DNA of 64,000 bases from an uncultured beta proteobacterium (lineage in GTDB: Bacteria > Pseudomonadota > Gammaproteobacteria > Burkholderiales > Burkholderiaceae_C): positions 148,298 through 212,297 of the forward strand of contig CAVUEF010000012.1 in the NCBI GenBank assembly GCA_963740455.1, read 5' to 3'. The notes beneath the pieces are model-generated. The model was given only the letters and a program-made list of their open reading frames with translations. It ran no database searches and had not been told where the DNA came from. The translations under genes were made by a program, and so were the position numbers. Within the stretch, counting starts at the first letter, position 1, and each line of letters begins with the position of its first letter. Below are positions 1 through 9,200 of the stretch, piece by piece.

Positions 1-2
1 TC

Positions 3-335
3 AACGAATGGCTGGTGGCAAACCATTACAAGCAGTTCAAGTCGCCGCCCGACTTCTTCACCGCAGGGGGCATGAGTGCCGCGATTGCGGTGGTCGAGGC
101 GCTGAAGAAGACCGCCGGCGACACGAACACCGAAAAGCTGATCAAGACCATGGAAGGTATGAGCTTCGAGACGCCCAAGGGGCGGATGACCTTCCGCAAG
201 GAAGACCACCAGTCCATGCAGTCGATGTTCCACTTCAAAATCAAGGTGGATCCGGCATTTGCCTGGGGCGTGCCGGAGTTGGTCCACGAGATCAAGCCCG
301 AAGAGATGCACGTGCCGATTCTCAACAAGCGCTGA
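3..335 (+). CDS. ABC transporter substrate-binding protein, C-terminal part (HAAT / branched-chain amino acid family); 5' end outside window
   Basis: Frame open from the window edge to TGA 333-335. Followed by two ABC ATPase and two HAAT-type permease genes. The tail (..MEGMSFETPKGRMTFRKEDHQSMQSMFHFKIKVD..) is typical of periplasmic Leu/Ile/Val-type binding proteins. Confidence 0.7.
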   Translation, partial: NEWLVANHYKQFKSPPDFFTAGGMSAAIAVVEALKKTAGDTNTEKLIKTMEGMSFETPKGRMTFRKEDHQSMQSMFHFKIKVDPAFAWGVPELVHEIKPEEMHVPILNKR

Positions 336-364
336 CCGGGTTTGGCCGCCACAAAGAAGCTGCC

Positions 365-1126
365 GTGCTCGAGACCAAGCATCTGACGATCCGGTTCGGC
401 GGGCATGTGGCGGTCGATCATGTGTCCTGCGCCTTTGCGCCGGGCAGCCTGACCGCCATCGTGGGGCCCAACGGCGCGGGCAAGACGACCTACTTCAACT
501 TGATCTCCGGGCAGTTGCCGGCAAGCGAGGGTCAGGTCTTGCTGAACGGGCAAGAACTGACCCGCATGCCGGCCTCTAGGCGCACCCATCTCGGCATCGG
601 GCGCGCCTTTCAGCTGACCCAGCTGTTCCCGAGACTGAGCGTGCTGGAGAACGTGCGCCTGGCGGTGCAATCGCGCCGCAAACAGGGGCTCAACTGGTGG
701 TCGGTCTGGCTCGACCACAAGGACGTTCTCGACCAGGCGCTGGCCTTGCTCGATCAGGTCCGGTTGGGCGACCAGGCCGACGCGCAAGCCAGCAGCCTGG
801 CGCACGGCGATCAGCGCAAGCTCGAGGTGGCGATACTGATGGCGCTCGATCCGCTGGTCTATATGTTCGACGAGCCGACCGCCGGCATGAGCGTCGATGA
901 GGTGCCGGTCGTGCTCGATCTGATTCGCGCGCTCAAAGGCCGTAAGGACCGCACGATCTTGCTGGTCGAGCACAAGATGGACGTGGTGCGCGAGCTGGCC
1001 GACCGCATCATCGTCCTGCACAACGGCAAGCTGATGGCCGACGGCCTGCCCGAAGACGTGATCGCCTCATCCGTGGTGCAAAACGCCTACCTCGGCGTCG
1101 TCTCCGACGAGGAGGCTGCGGCGTGA
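365..1126 (+). CDS. ABC transporter ATP-binding protein (LivG-like)
   Basis: Walker A GPNGAGKTT, signature LAHGDQRKLEVA, Walker B LVYMFDEP. In-frame GTG at 365 lies just after the upstream stop. The longer ORF from nt 8 overlaps the binding-protein gene and is Arg/Gly-rich junk. Confidence 0.85.
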   Translation: MLETKHLTIRFGGHVAVDHVSCAFAPGSLTAIVGPNGAGKTTYFNLISGQLPASEGQVLLNGQELTRMPASRRTHLGIGRAFQLTQLFPRLSVLENVRLAVQSRRKQGLNWWSVWLDHKDVLDQALALLDQVRLGDQADAQASSLAHGDQRKLEVAILMALDPLVYMFDEPTAGMSVDEVPVVLDLIRALKGRKDRTILLVEHKMDVVRELADRIIVLHNGKLMADGLPEDVIASSVVQNAYLGVVSDEEAAA

Positions 1127-1196
1127 GCGCGCCGGGCCGCCCCAAGCGCGAAAGCTCCCGCTCGGCGGGACCGCGCGCAGCGCGTAGGGTGCACCA
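1127..1196 (+). repeat. REP-like intergenic element (family GCCGGGCCGCCCCAAG..), copy A
   Basis: The first 27 nt match the copy at 49149-49204 with 2 mismatches, and the reverse copy at 7691-7757. It fills exactly the space between stop TGA 1124-1126 and start GTG 1197. It is bracketed by the direct repeat GTGAGCGCG (1123-1131 and 1197-1205). Confidence 0.7.
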
Positions 1197-2006
1197 GTGA
1201 GCGCGGCGCTGCTGACGCTGGAAGGCGTGCACACGCATATCGGCGCGTATCACATCCTGCACGGCGTCGATCTGGTGGTGCCGGCGGGCGAGCTGACCAT
1301 GCTGCTGGGACGCAATGGCGCGGGCAAGTCGACCACGCTGCGTACCATCATGGGCTTGTGGCCCGCCTCGAGCGGGCGCATCGCCTTTGACGGCCAGCCC
1401 ATCGGCGGCGCCGGTGTGAAGGCATCCACTCCCGACATCGCGTGCCGCGGCATCGCCTATGTGCCGGAAAGCATGGGCATCTTCTCCGACCTGACGGTGC
1501 GCGAGAACTTGCTGCTGGCGGCGCGCGGTGCGCGCAGCATCGAGCAGATCGACACGCAGCGACTCGACTGGCTGTTCACGCTGTTTCCGGCGCTGAAGAA
1601 ATTCTGGCTCCATCCGGCCGGCAAGCTCAGCGGCGGGCAGAAGCAGATGCTGGCCATCGCCCGCGCGATGGTCGAGCCGCGCCGCCTGCTTCTGATCGAC
1701 GAACCCAGCAAAGGCCTGGCACCCGCCATCGTGCGCAACATGATCGGCGCGCTGCTTGATCTCAAGCGCACGCAGACCACGGTGTTGCTGGTCGAACAGA
1801 ACTTCATGGTGGCGCGAGAACTCGGCGACCAGGTCGCGGTGATGGACAACGGTCGAATCGTGCACAGCGGCCGCATGGACGAGCTGGCACGCGACGAGGA
1901 CTTGCAGCAAAGGCTGCTGGGTTTGTCATTGACCGCGCACGAAGAAGACCCTGCGCGCCCGACCTCAAGACCGACGCAGCCGAAAACACCGTTCGAGACT
2001 GCCTGA
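1197..2006 (+). CDS. ABC transporter ATP-binding protein (LivF-like)
   Basis: GTG start. Walker A GRNGAGKST, signature LSGGQKQMLAIA, Walker B LLLIDEPS. Confidence 0.9.
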   Translation: MSAALLTLEGVHTHIGAYHILHGVDLVVPAGELTMLLGRNGAGKSTTLRTIMGLWPASSGRIAFDGQPIGGAGVKASTPDIACRGIAYVPESMGIFSDLTVRENLLLAARGARSIEQIDTQRLDWLFTLFPALKKFWLHPAGKLSGGQKQMLAIARAMVEPRRLLLIDEPSKGLAPAIVRNMIGALLDLKRTQTTVLLVEQNFMVARELGDQVAVMDNGRIVHSGRMDELARDEDLQQRLLGLSLTAHEEDPARPTSRPTQPKTPFETA

Positions 2007-2007
2007 A

Positions 2008-3033
2008 ATGACCATGCAACAAACCGCTGTCGCGAGCGCCGCGATCTCGATGCCGAAAGCCACGTTCGACTGGCTGCCGCTGGCCCTCGTGCCATTGCTC
2101 GCCTTGCTGATGTCGCCGCTCGTCGGCTCCGCTTCAAGCTGGATCACGCTCACCGCGGCCGGACTCGCGATGGGCCTGATCATCTTTGTGATCGCCTCGG
2201 GGCTGACGCTGGTGTTCGGGCTGATGGACGTGCTGAACTTCGGTCACGGCGTGTTCATCGCCCTGGGCGCATTCGTGGCGACCACGGTGCTGGGCGGCAT
2301 GACGGGCTGGACCACAGCGCCGTCGGCGCTGCTGAATCTGGCGGCGGTGTTCGTCGCCATGCTGGTGGCCATGAGCGTGGCCGCGGCCGTCGGGCTGGCG
2401 TTCGAGCGCGTGCTGATACGCCCGGTCTATGGCCAGCACCTGAAGCAGATCCTGATCACCATGGGCGGCATGATCATCGGCGAGGAGTTGATCAAGGTCG
2501 TGTGGGGCCCGCAGCAGATTCCGCTGCCGCTGCCCGAAGCCTTGCGCGGCGCCTATCTGTGGGGCGATGCCGCGGTCGAGAAGTACCGCGTGCTGGCTGT
2601 TGCGATCGGACTGGCGGTGCTGGCCGCCATGCTCTTTGTGCTGAATCGCACCAAGATCGGCCTGCTCGTGCGCGCCGGCGTGCAAGATCGCGAGATGGTC
2701 GAGAGCCTGGGCTACCGGATTCGCCGGCTCTTCGTCGGCGTGTTCGTCACCGGCTCGGCCTTGGCGGGTCTGGGCGGCGTGATGTGGGGTCTGTACCAGC
2801 AGAACGTGACGCCGCAAATGGGCGCCCAGGTGAATGTGCTGATCTTCATCGTCATCATCATCGGCGGGCTCGGCTCGACCCTGGGTTGCTTTGTCGGCGC
2901 CTTGCTGGTCGGGCTGCTGGCCAACTACACCGGTTTTTTGGTTCCGAAGCTGGCGATGTTTTCGAATATCGCGCTGATGGTCGCGATCCTGCTGTGGCGG
3001 CCGCAGGGCTTGTACCCGGTCACGAGTAGATAA
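2008..3033 (+). CDS. HAAT-family ABC transporter permease (LivH-like)
   Basis: 341-aa polytopic hydrophobic protein starting 1 nt after the ATPase gene stop. Composition and length fit LivH-type permeases. Confidence 0.85.
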   Translation: MTMQQTAVASAAISMPKATFDWLPLALVPLLALLMSPLVGSASSWITLTAAGLAMGLIIFVIASGLTLVFGLMDVLNFGHGVFIALGAFVATTVLGGMTGWTTAPSALLNLAAVFVAMLVAMSVAAAVGLAFERVLIRPVYGQHLKQILITMGGMIIGEELIKVVWGPQQIPLPLPEALRGAYLWGDAAVEKYRVLAVAIGLAVLAAMLFVLNRTKIGLLVRAGVQDREMVESLGYRIRRLFVGVFVTGSALAGLGGVMWGLYQQNVTPQMGAQVNVLIFIVIIIGGLGSTLGCFVGALLVGLLANYTGFLVPKLAMFSNIALMVAILLWRPQGLYPVTSR

Positions 3034-3035
3034 AA

Positions 3036-3136
3036 CTTGTGGGACAGACCATTGAGCGCAGCGAAAAGCTCTGTCCCCAACTGAAACCTTGTGGGAAAGA
3101 CCTTTGAGCGCAGCGAAAATCTCTGTCCCCAACTGA
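3036..3136 (+). repeat. Tandem pair of 49-bp hairpin-forming intergenic repeats (period 52 bp)
   Basis: Unit 1 is 3036-3084 and unit 2 is 3088-3136 (CTTGTGGGA[C/A]AGACC[A/T]TTGAGCGCAGCGAAAA[G/T]CTCTGTCCCCAACTGA). Each unit carries inverted arms GGGACAGA / TCTGTCCC plus an inner GAGC/GCTC stem. Confidence 0.85.
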
Positions 3137-3144
3137 CTAAAACG

Positions 3145-4200
3145 ATGCTGAACCGACTCCTCTCTCACGACCTGCCGCGCAACCGCTGGCTGGCTTTGCT
3201 GCTGCTGGCCATGGTGCTGGGCCTGGCGCTGGCACCGTTCATTTTTCCCGGCACAAAGGCGCTCGATGTGGCGGCCAAGATCATCGTCTTCACCTTGCTG
3301 GTGGCGAGTTACGACCTGCTGCTGGGCTATACCGGCATCGTCAGCTTCGCGCACACGATGTTCTTCGGCATCGGCGCCTACGGCGTGGCGATTGCCTGCG
3401 GCCGGCTCGGGCCGAGTTGGGCCGCGGTGGCGCTCGGACTGGCGGGCGCATCGGCCCTGTCCGTGCTGCTGTCGACGCTGATCGGCCTGTTCAGCCTGCG
3501 CGTGAAGGCGATCTTTTTCGCGATGATCACCTTGGCCGTCGCCTCGGCCTTCCTGACCCTGGCCTCGCAACTGTCGGCCTGGACCGGCGGCGAGGACGGC
3601 CTGAGCTTCAAGGTTCCCGAGGCCTTGCAACCCGGCACCCAGTACCTTGACGCGCCGCTGCTGGGGGTCACGATCGACGGCCGCCTGCTGAGCTATTACG
3701 TCTTGTTCGGCGTGGCTTGTGCGCTGGTGCTGGCGCTGCTGCGCATTGTCAATTCGCCGTTCGGCAGGGTGCTGCAGGCGATCCGCGAAAACGACTTTCG
3801 CGCCGAAGCGATCGGCTACCGCTTGATCGTCTATCGCACGCTGTCCAACGTCCTGTCCGCGCTGTTCGCCTGCGCGGCGGGCGCCTTGCTGGCCCTCTGG
3901 CTGCGCTACAACGGGCCCGACACCTCGCTGTCGTTCGAGATCATGCTCGACATCTTGCTGATCGTCGTGATCGGCGGCATGGGCACGATTTACGGCGCGC
4001 TGGTGGGCAGCGTGCTGTTCATGCTGGCACAGAGCTATCTGCAGAATTTGATGCAACTCGGCGCGGGCGTCTTCGAAGGCGTGCCGCTGCTGTCGCAGCT
4101 CTTGTCGCCCGACCGCTGGCTGCTCTGGCTGGGCGTGTTGTTCGTGCTGTCGGTCTACCACTTCCCCTCGGGCGTGGTGGGCCGGTTGCGAGGCAAGTGA
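3145..4200 (+). CDS. HAAT-family ABC transporter permease (LivM-like)
   Basis: Polytopic membrane protein. ATG 3145 (MLNRLLSHDL..) is chosen because the track start at 3091 would translate through repeat unit 2. Confidence 0.85.
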   Translation: MLNRLLSHDLPRNRWLALLLLAMVLGLALAPFIFPGTKALDVAAKIIVFTLLVASYDLLLGYTGIVSFAHTMFFGIGAYGVAIACGRLGPSWAAVALGLAGASALSVLLSTLIGLFSLRVKAIFFAMITLAVASAFLTLASQLSAWTGGEDGLSFKVPEALQPGTQYLDAPLLGVTIDGRLLSYYVLFGVACALVLALLRIVNSPFGRVLQAIRENDFRAEAIGYRLIVYRTLSNVLSALFACAAGALLALWLRYNGPDTSLSFEIMLDILLIVVIGGMGTIYGALVGSVLFMLAQSYLQNLMQLGAGVFEGVPLLSQLLSPDRWLLWLGVLFVLSVYHFPSGVVGRLRGK

Positions 4201-4232
4201 AAAGGGTCAGGTCTTGCCCTTGAAAGAATGCC

Positions 4233-5072
4233 ATGAAATTCAGCTCTCATTACCTGACTTGCGAAGGCCGCGAGATCCACTACACGCAGTGGGGCGCCGA
4301 ACACACCGAAACCGTGATCGCCTGGCATGGCCTGGCGCGTACCTGCCGCGACATGGACGACATTGCCGCCCAGCTGGCGAGCCGCTACCGCGTGATCTGC
4401 CCCGACACCCCGGGCCGCGGCCTGTCGCAGTGGAGCCCCGATCCCGCTCGCGAATACTGCCTGGCCTTCTATGTGCGGCAAGCCGCAGCGCTGGTCGACC
4501 AGCTCGGGCTGCAGAGTTTTCACTGGCTGGGCACCTCGATGGGCGGCGCCATCGGCACCCTGGCTGCCGCCACCACGCTGCGCGGACGCATCAAGCGCCT
4601 GGTGCTCAACGACAACGGCCCCCAGCTTGCCCAGGCCGCTATTGCCCGCATCCGCAGCTATGCGGGCAGCCCGCCGTCGTTTGCCACCGTCAGCGAACTC
4701 GAAGCGTATTTCCGAACCGTCTACAAACCTTATGGATTTCTCACCGACGCGCAGTGGCGGCGCCTCACCGAGACCTCGGTGAGGCGCCTGCCCGACGGCC
4801 GCGTGACGCCGCATTACGACCCCGCCATGGTGCAGCAGTTCATCCAGCATCCGAACGACTATGACTTGTGGGACGCCTGGGACCAGCTCGACATTCCGGT
4901 GCTGTGCCTGCGCGGCGAAGACTCCGACCTGCTGCTGGCCGAAACCGCCGAGCAGATGCGTGCGCGCGGTCCGAGGGCCGTCGTGGTCACCGTCGAAGGC
5001 TGCGGCCATGCGCCAGCCCTGAATGTGCCAGCGCAGTTCGAGCTGGTCGAGCGCTTTCTGGCGGGGGCCTGA
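4233..5072 (+). CDS. alpha/beta-fold hydrolase
   Basis: 279 aa. HG motif (WHGLART), nucleophile elbow GTSMGG, C-terminal GCGHAP histidine motif. Confidence 0.8.
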   Translation: MKFSSHYLTCEGREIHYTQWGAEHTETVIAWHGLARTCRDMDDIAAQLASRYRVICPDTPGRGLSQWSPDPAREYCLAFYVRQAAALVDQLGLQSFHWLGTSMGGAIGTLAAATTLRGRIKRLVLNDNGPQLAQAAIARIRSYAGSPPSFATVSELEAYFRTVYKPYGFLTDAQWRRLTETSVRRLPDGRVTPHYDPAMVQQFIQHPNDYDLWDAWDQLDIPVLCLRGEDSDLLLAETAEQMRARGPRAVVVTVEGCGHAPALNVPAQFELVERFLAGA

Positions 5073-5178
5073 AGCAGGCATCAGAAGACAGCCTTCGGCG
5101 CTCTTCCGCGAGTCTTTTCACCTTTCACATTTGATGCGTGATGTATGATGCAGTTCTTCACACACCCTGAAGTCTACG

Positions 5179-5412
5179 ATGCGTACCACCCTCGCAATTG
5201 ACGACGATGTCCTCGCAGCGGCAAAGCACCTCGCAGAGCGCGAGCAAAGAACCGTCGGCGAAGTGATCTCTTCACTAGCTAGGCAGGCGCTCGGCCGCAG
5301 CGGCCGTGGGTCGCGAACCGAACGCAACGGCATCCCACTTCTGCCTAGCAAGAAGAGCGCTTCGCCGGTCACACTAGAACTGGTCAATCGGCTCCGCGAC
5401 GAACAGCCGTGA
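5179..5412 (+). CDS. vapB: type II antitoxin (VapB-like)
   Basis: 77-aa protein (MRTTLAIDDDVLAAAKHLAEREQRTVGEVIS..). Its stop overlaps the GTG start of the downstream PIN gene (GTGA). Confidence 0.7.
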   Translation: MRTTLAIDDDVLAAAKHLAEREQRTVGEVISSLARQALGRSGRGSRTERNGIPLLPSKKSASPVTLELVNRLRDEQP

Positions 5413-5840
5413 TCCGATACCTGCTTGACGTCAACGTCCTCATCGCGCTGGTAGATCCAGCGCATGTTCAGCACGAAGGTGTTCATGAGTGGTTCGGCCG
5501 AATCGGACGCAAGGCGTTTGCCACATGCCCAATCACAGAAAATGGACTCCTGCGAATCGTTGGGCACCCAAAATACCCGAACTCCCCCGGACCACCGAGT
5601 ACTGTCACCGGCGCCCTACTGGCAATACGCGCACTTCCAGGGCATGACTTTTGGTCCGACAGCATCAGTCTGACTGACAGCGCGTTCGTTGATCCTTCGC
5701 TTCTGTCAAGTCACTCCAGAGTCACGGACAGCTACCTGCTTGCACTGGCTCGCGCGAACAAAGGTCAGCTAGCCACGCTGGATCACAAGCTTGCAACAGA
5801 GGTCGTTCCAGAAGGCAAGGCGTCACTCGCGCTCATCTGA
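5409..5840 (+). CDS. vapC: PIN-domain ribonuclease toxin (VapC family)
   Basis: 143 aa. N-terminal YLLDVNVLI acidic motif and C-terminal TDSYLLALA..LATLD motifs typical of PIN domains. Translationally coupled to the antitoxin. Confidence 0.8.
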   Translation: MIRYLLDVNVLIALVDPAHVQHEGVHEWFGRIGRKAFATCPITENGLLRIVGHPKYPNSPGPPSTVTGALLAIRALPGHDFWSDSISLTDSAFVDPSLLSSHSRVTDSYLLALARANKGQLATLDHKLATEVVPEGKASLALI

Positions 5841-6283
5841 TGCTAACCCCCACAGGGACTGCCCGCCGCGTCCTCGCGCCTTCCCAGCCCACCCCATGAC
5901 GGCCCACTCGGGCGTGTCCAACTGCGGTTTCTAGGTTGAATTTCCTCGTCAAGACTGGGTTGATTGCCGTTGCGAAGGTCGACAGGGCGAAGCGCTGAAC
6001 AGAGAACAGACTGCCACCCTACAGACGGCCTTGTTGCAGTGGCCGGCTGTATTGCCAAGTGGGCCGCCCCCATGTCAGACCTTGGCCCCCTGACAAGCAC
6101 TGATGGTCATCTACCTGACCCGCGCAGTTCAGTGCCGGTGGAGCGGTTCAGGGCATGGGCCTGACGCAGGCCTTTCGCGGAACTGCGGCCCGGCTTCGAT
6201 GCAGAACTGGCGCGCGATGCAAGCGCTTCGATCCGCCCCTAGAATGATTCCCCCGCCCCTCAAGCCACAGCTCTCACGCCGCC

Positions 6284-9200
6284 ATGTCCGAAGGCCTCAT
6301 CCGCATCCGCGGCGCTCGTCAGCACAATCTGAAGAATCTGGACCTCGACATCCGCACCGGCGAGATGACGGTGGTCACCGGGCCTTCGGGGTCGGGCAAG
6401 TCGAGCCTGGTGTTCGACACGCTGTATGCCGAGGGCCAGCGCCGCTACGTCGAGACCTTCAGCGCCTATGCGCGCCAGTTTCTGGATCGCATGGACCGCC
6501 CGGCGGTGGACCGGGTCGATGGCGTGCCGCCGGCGATTGCGATCGACCAGACCAATCCGGTGCGCACCTCGCGTTCGACCGTCGGCACGATGACAGAGCT
6601 GAACGACCACCTGAAGCTCTTGTACGCGCGCGCCGCGCAGCTGTTCGACCGCAAGACCGCGCAACCGGTGCGGCACGACACCGCGCAAAGCATTTATGCC
6701 GATCTGGTGGAGCGCGGCGCAAACAGTGGTGATCCAAGACTCATCCTGACCTTTCCGGTCGAATTGCCCGCCAACACCAGCGCCGAGCAGCTTGAGCAAT
6801 GGCTGTCGGCAAGCGGCTTCACGCGCGTGCAGGCCGAGCGCGAGATCGACACTGACCAAGGCAAACATAAGTTGCTGGATGTCGTGGCCGACCGCTTTCG
6901 CATCGCCAACGTCGACAAGCAGCGCGCGATGGAGGCAATCGAGCTCGCGCTCAAGCGCGGCGGCGGACGCCTCAATGTCTATGTGCCGGGGGCCGATGAA
7001 AGCGTGCCACCTGAGCTGTGGCGCTACTCGACCGGACTGCATTGCCCCGACAGCGAGCTGCGCTATCTGGAGCCGCAGCCGGGGCTGTTCTCGTTCAACT
7101 CGGCGATGGGCGCTTGCGAGACCTGCCGCGGCTTCGGCCGCGTCGTCGGCGTCGATCTGGGGCTGGTGATTCCCGACGCGAAGAAGACGCTGCGCGGCGG
7201 CGCCATCAAGACCATACAGACGCCAGCCTGGAAAGAGATCCAGGAAGACTTGCTGAAGCACGCCGGCGACGCCGGAATCCCGCGCGACACGCCGTGGAGT
7301 CAATTGCCGCAGGCGCAGCGCGACTGGGTGCTGAACGGCTCGCCGCATTGGGCCGGCAAGTGGAACAAGCAGTGGTATGGCGTGCACCGCTTCTTCGAAT
7401 ATCTGGAGAGCAAGTCGTACAAGATGCACATCCGCGTGCTCTTGTCCAAGTACCGAAGCTACACGCCTTGCACGGTGTGCGGCGGCGCGCGCCTCAAGTT
7501 GGAGCCACTGCTGTGGCGCGTCGGCGGCAAAGAACAGGCCGACATGGTGCTGCCCGCCGCGCAACGCTTCATGCCGATGGGTGCGGACTGGTCGCGCGAA
7601 CAGCTCGAAGCCCTGCCGGGGCTGAATCTGCACGACTTGATGCGGCTGCCGATCGCGCGCCTGCGCTTGTTCTTCGACGCTGATGATGACCCCCAAGACG
7701 CCGCTGGCGTCGCCCCCCCAGGGGGGAGTCGCCCGCTTGGGGCGGCCCGGCGCGGGCTACAACTGCCCAGCACCCTGCTCGACGATGCGCTGAAATTGCT
7801 GCTCGACGAAATCCGCACCCGGCTCAAATACCTGTGCGAGGTCGGCATCGGCTACTTGACGCTGGATCGCCAGAGCCGCACCTTGAGCGGCGGCGAGGTG
7901 CAGCGTATCAACCTGACGACGGCGCTCGGCACCTCGCTCGTCAACACCTTGTTCGTGCTCGACGAGCCCAGCATCGGCCTGCACCCGCGCGACATGAACC
8001 GCATCGTGCAGGCCATGCACCGGCTGCGCGACGCCGGCAACACGCTGGTGGTGGTCGAGCACGACCCGGCGGTGATGCTGGCCGCGGATCGGCTCATCGA
8101 CATGGGCCCAGGTCCGGGCGAGCGCGGCGGCGCCATCGTGTTCGACGGCACGCCTGAGGCGATCCGCCACGCCGATACGCTGACCGGCAACTACCTGGGC
8201 GCGCGCAAGCATGTGGGCCTGGGGCTGCGCCGCATGATAGAGCCGAGCACGCCGCGGCTGATTCTGGAAGGCGTGCGCGAACACAACGTGAAGAACCTGA
8301 CGGTCGAGTTTCCGCTGCAGCGACTGGTGGTGGTGACCGGCGTGTCGGGATCGGGCAAGTCGACGCTGATGCAGGACGTACTCTATCCGGCGTTGGCGCG
8401 CCATTTCGGCAAGCCGACCGAGACGCCGGGCCTGCACGAGCGGCTGCTCGGCGCCGATTGGTTGAGCGACGCGGTGTTCGTCGACCAGTCGCCAATCGGC
8501 AAGACGGCGCGCTCCAATCCGGCCAGCTATGTCGGCGCCTTCGACGAAATCCGCAAGCTGTTCGCCGACCTGCCCTTGGCAGATCAACGCGGCTACAAGG
8601 CCGGCAGCTTCAGCTTCAACGCGGGGGCAGGGCGCTGCCCGACCTGCGGCGGCTCGGGCTTCGAGCATGTCGAGATGCAGTTTCTGAGCGACGTCTATCT
8701 GCGCTGCCCCGACTGCGACGGCAAGCGCTTCCGCGCCGAGATTCTCGAAGTGAAGTTGTCGCGTGGCGAGCAGGACTTGAGCGTCGCCGAGGTGCTGGAT
8801 TTGACGGTGAGCGAGGCGACGCAGTTCTTCAAACATGACCGCGAGGTGCTGGTCAAATTGCAGCCGCTCAATGATGTCGGGCTTGAATACGTGAAGCTCG
8901 GCCAGCCGGTGCCCACGCTCAGCGGCGGCGAGGCGCAGCGCCTCAAGCTCGCCGGCTTTCTGGCCGAAGCGGCGAGCGGCGCGCGCCAGCCCATCGCCCG
9001 CAAAGGCACTTTGTTCCTGTTTGATGAGCCAACCACCGGCCTGCACTTCGACGACATCGCCAAGCTCATGCGCGCGCTGCGCAAGCTGCTCGCTGCCGGG
9101 CACTCGATGATCATCATCGAGCACAACCTCGACGTGGTGCGATCCGCCGACTGGATTGTCGATCTCGGCCCCGAGGGCGGCGACGCCGGCGGCGAAATCG

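Noticed and set aside
8-364. N-terminal extension of the LivG-like ORF (track start at nt 8).
   Set aside because: It overlaps the substrate-binding protein gene in another frame and translates to Arg/Gly-rich junk. The conserved ATPase sequence begins right after in-frame GTG 365.
3091-3144. Upstream start for the LivM-like permease.
   Set aside because: It would translate through the second copy of the intergenic hairpin repeat. ATG 3145 gives a normal N-terminus.
2134-4161. 675-aa ORF on the minus strand opposite the two permease genes. Similar long antisense or alternate-frame ORFs occur at 7757-9943, 9953-11968, 10216-12084, 14906-16552, 22860-24167, 25250-27070, 27148-28194, 32241-33983, 35111-37024, 38479-40080, 41644-43461 and 60566-63589.
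   Set aside because: All are Arg/Ala/Gly/His/Gln-rich low-complexity translations lying opposite or out of frame to genes with strong motif support. This is the typical stop-codon-poor artefact of 65-70% GC DNA.
5990-6060. LexA/SOS-box search upstream of the uvrA-like gene (CTGAACAGAGAACAG, CTGCCACCCTACAG).
   Set aside because: The spacings do not fit CTGT-N8-ACAG (N7 and N6 respectively), so no convincing SOS box is called.
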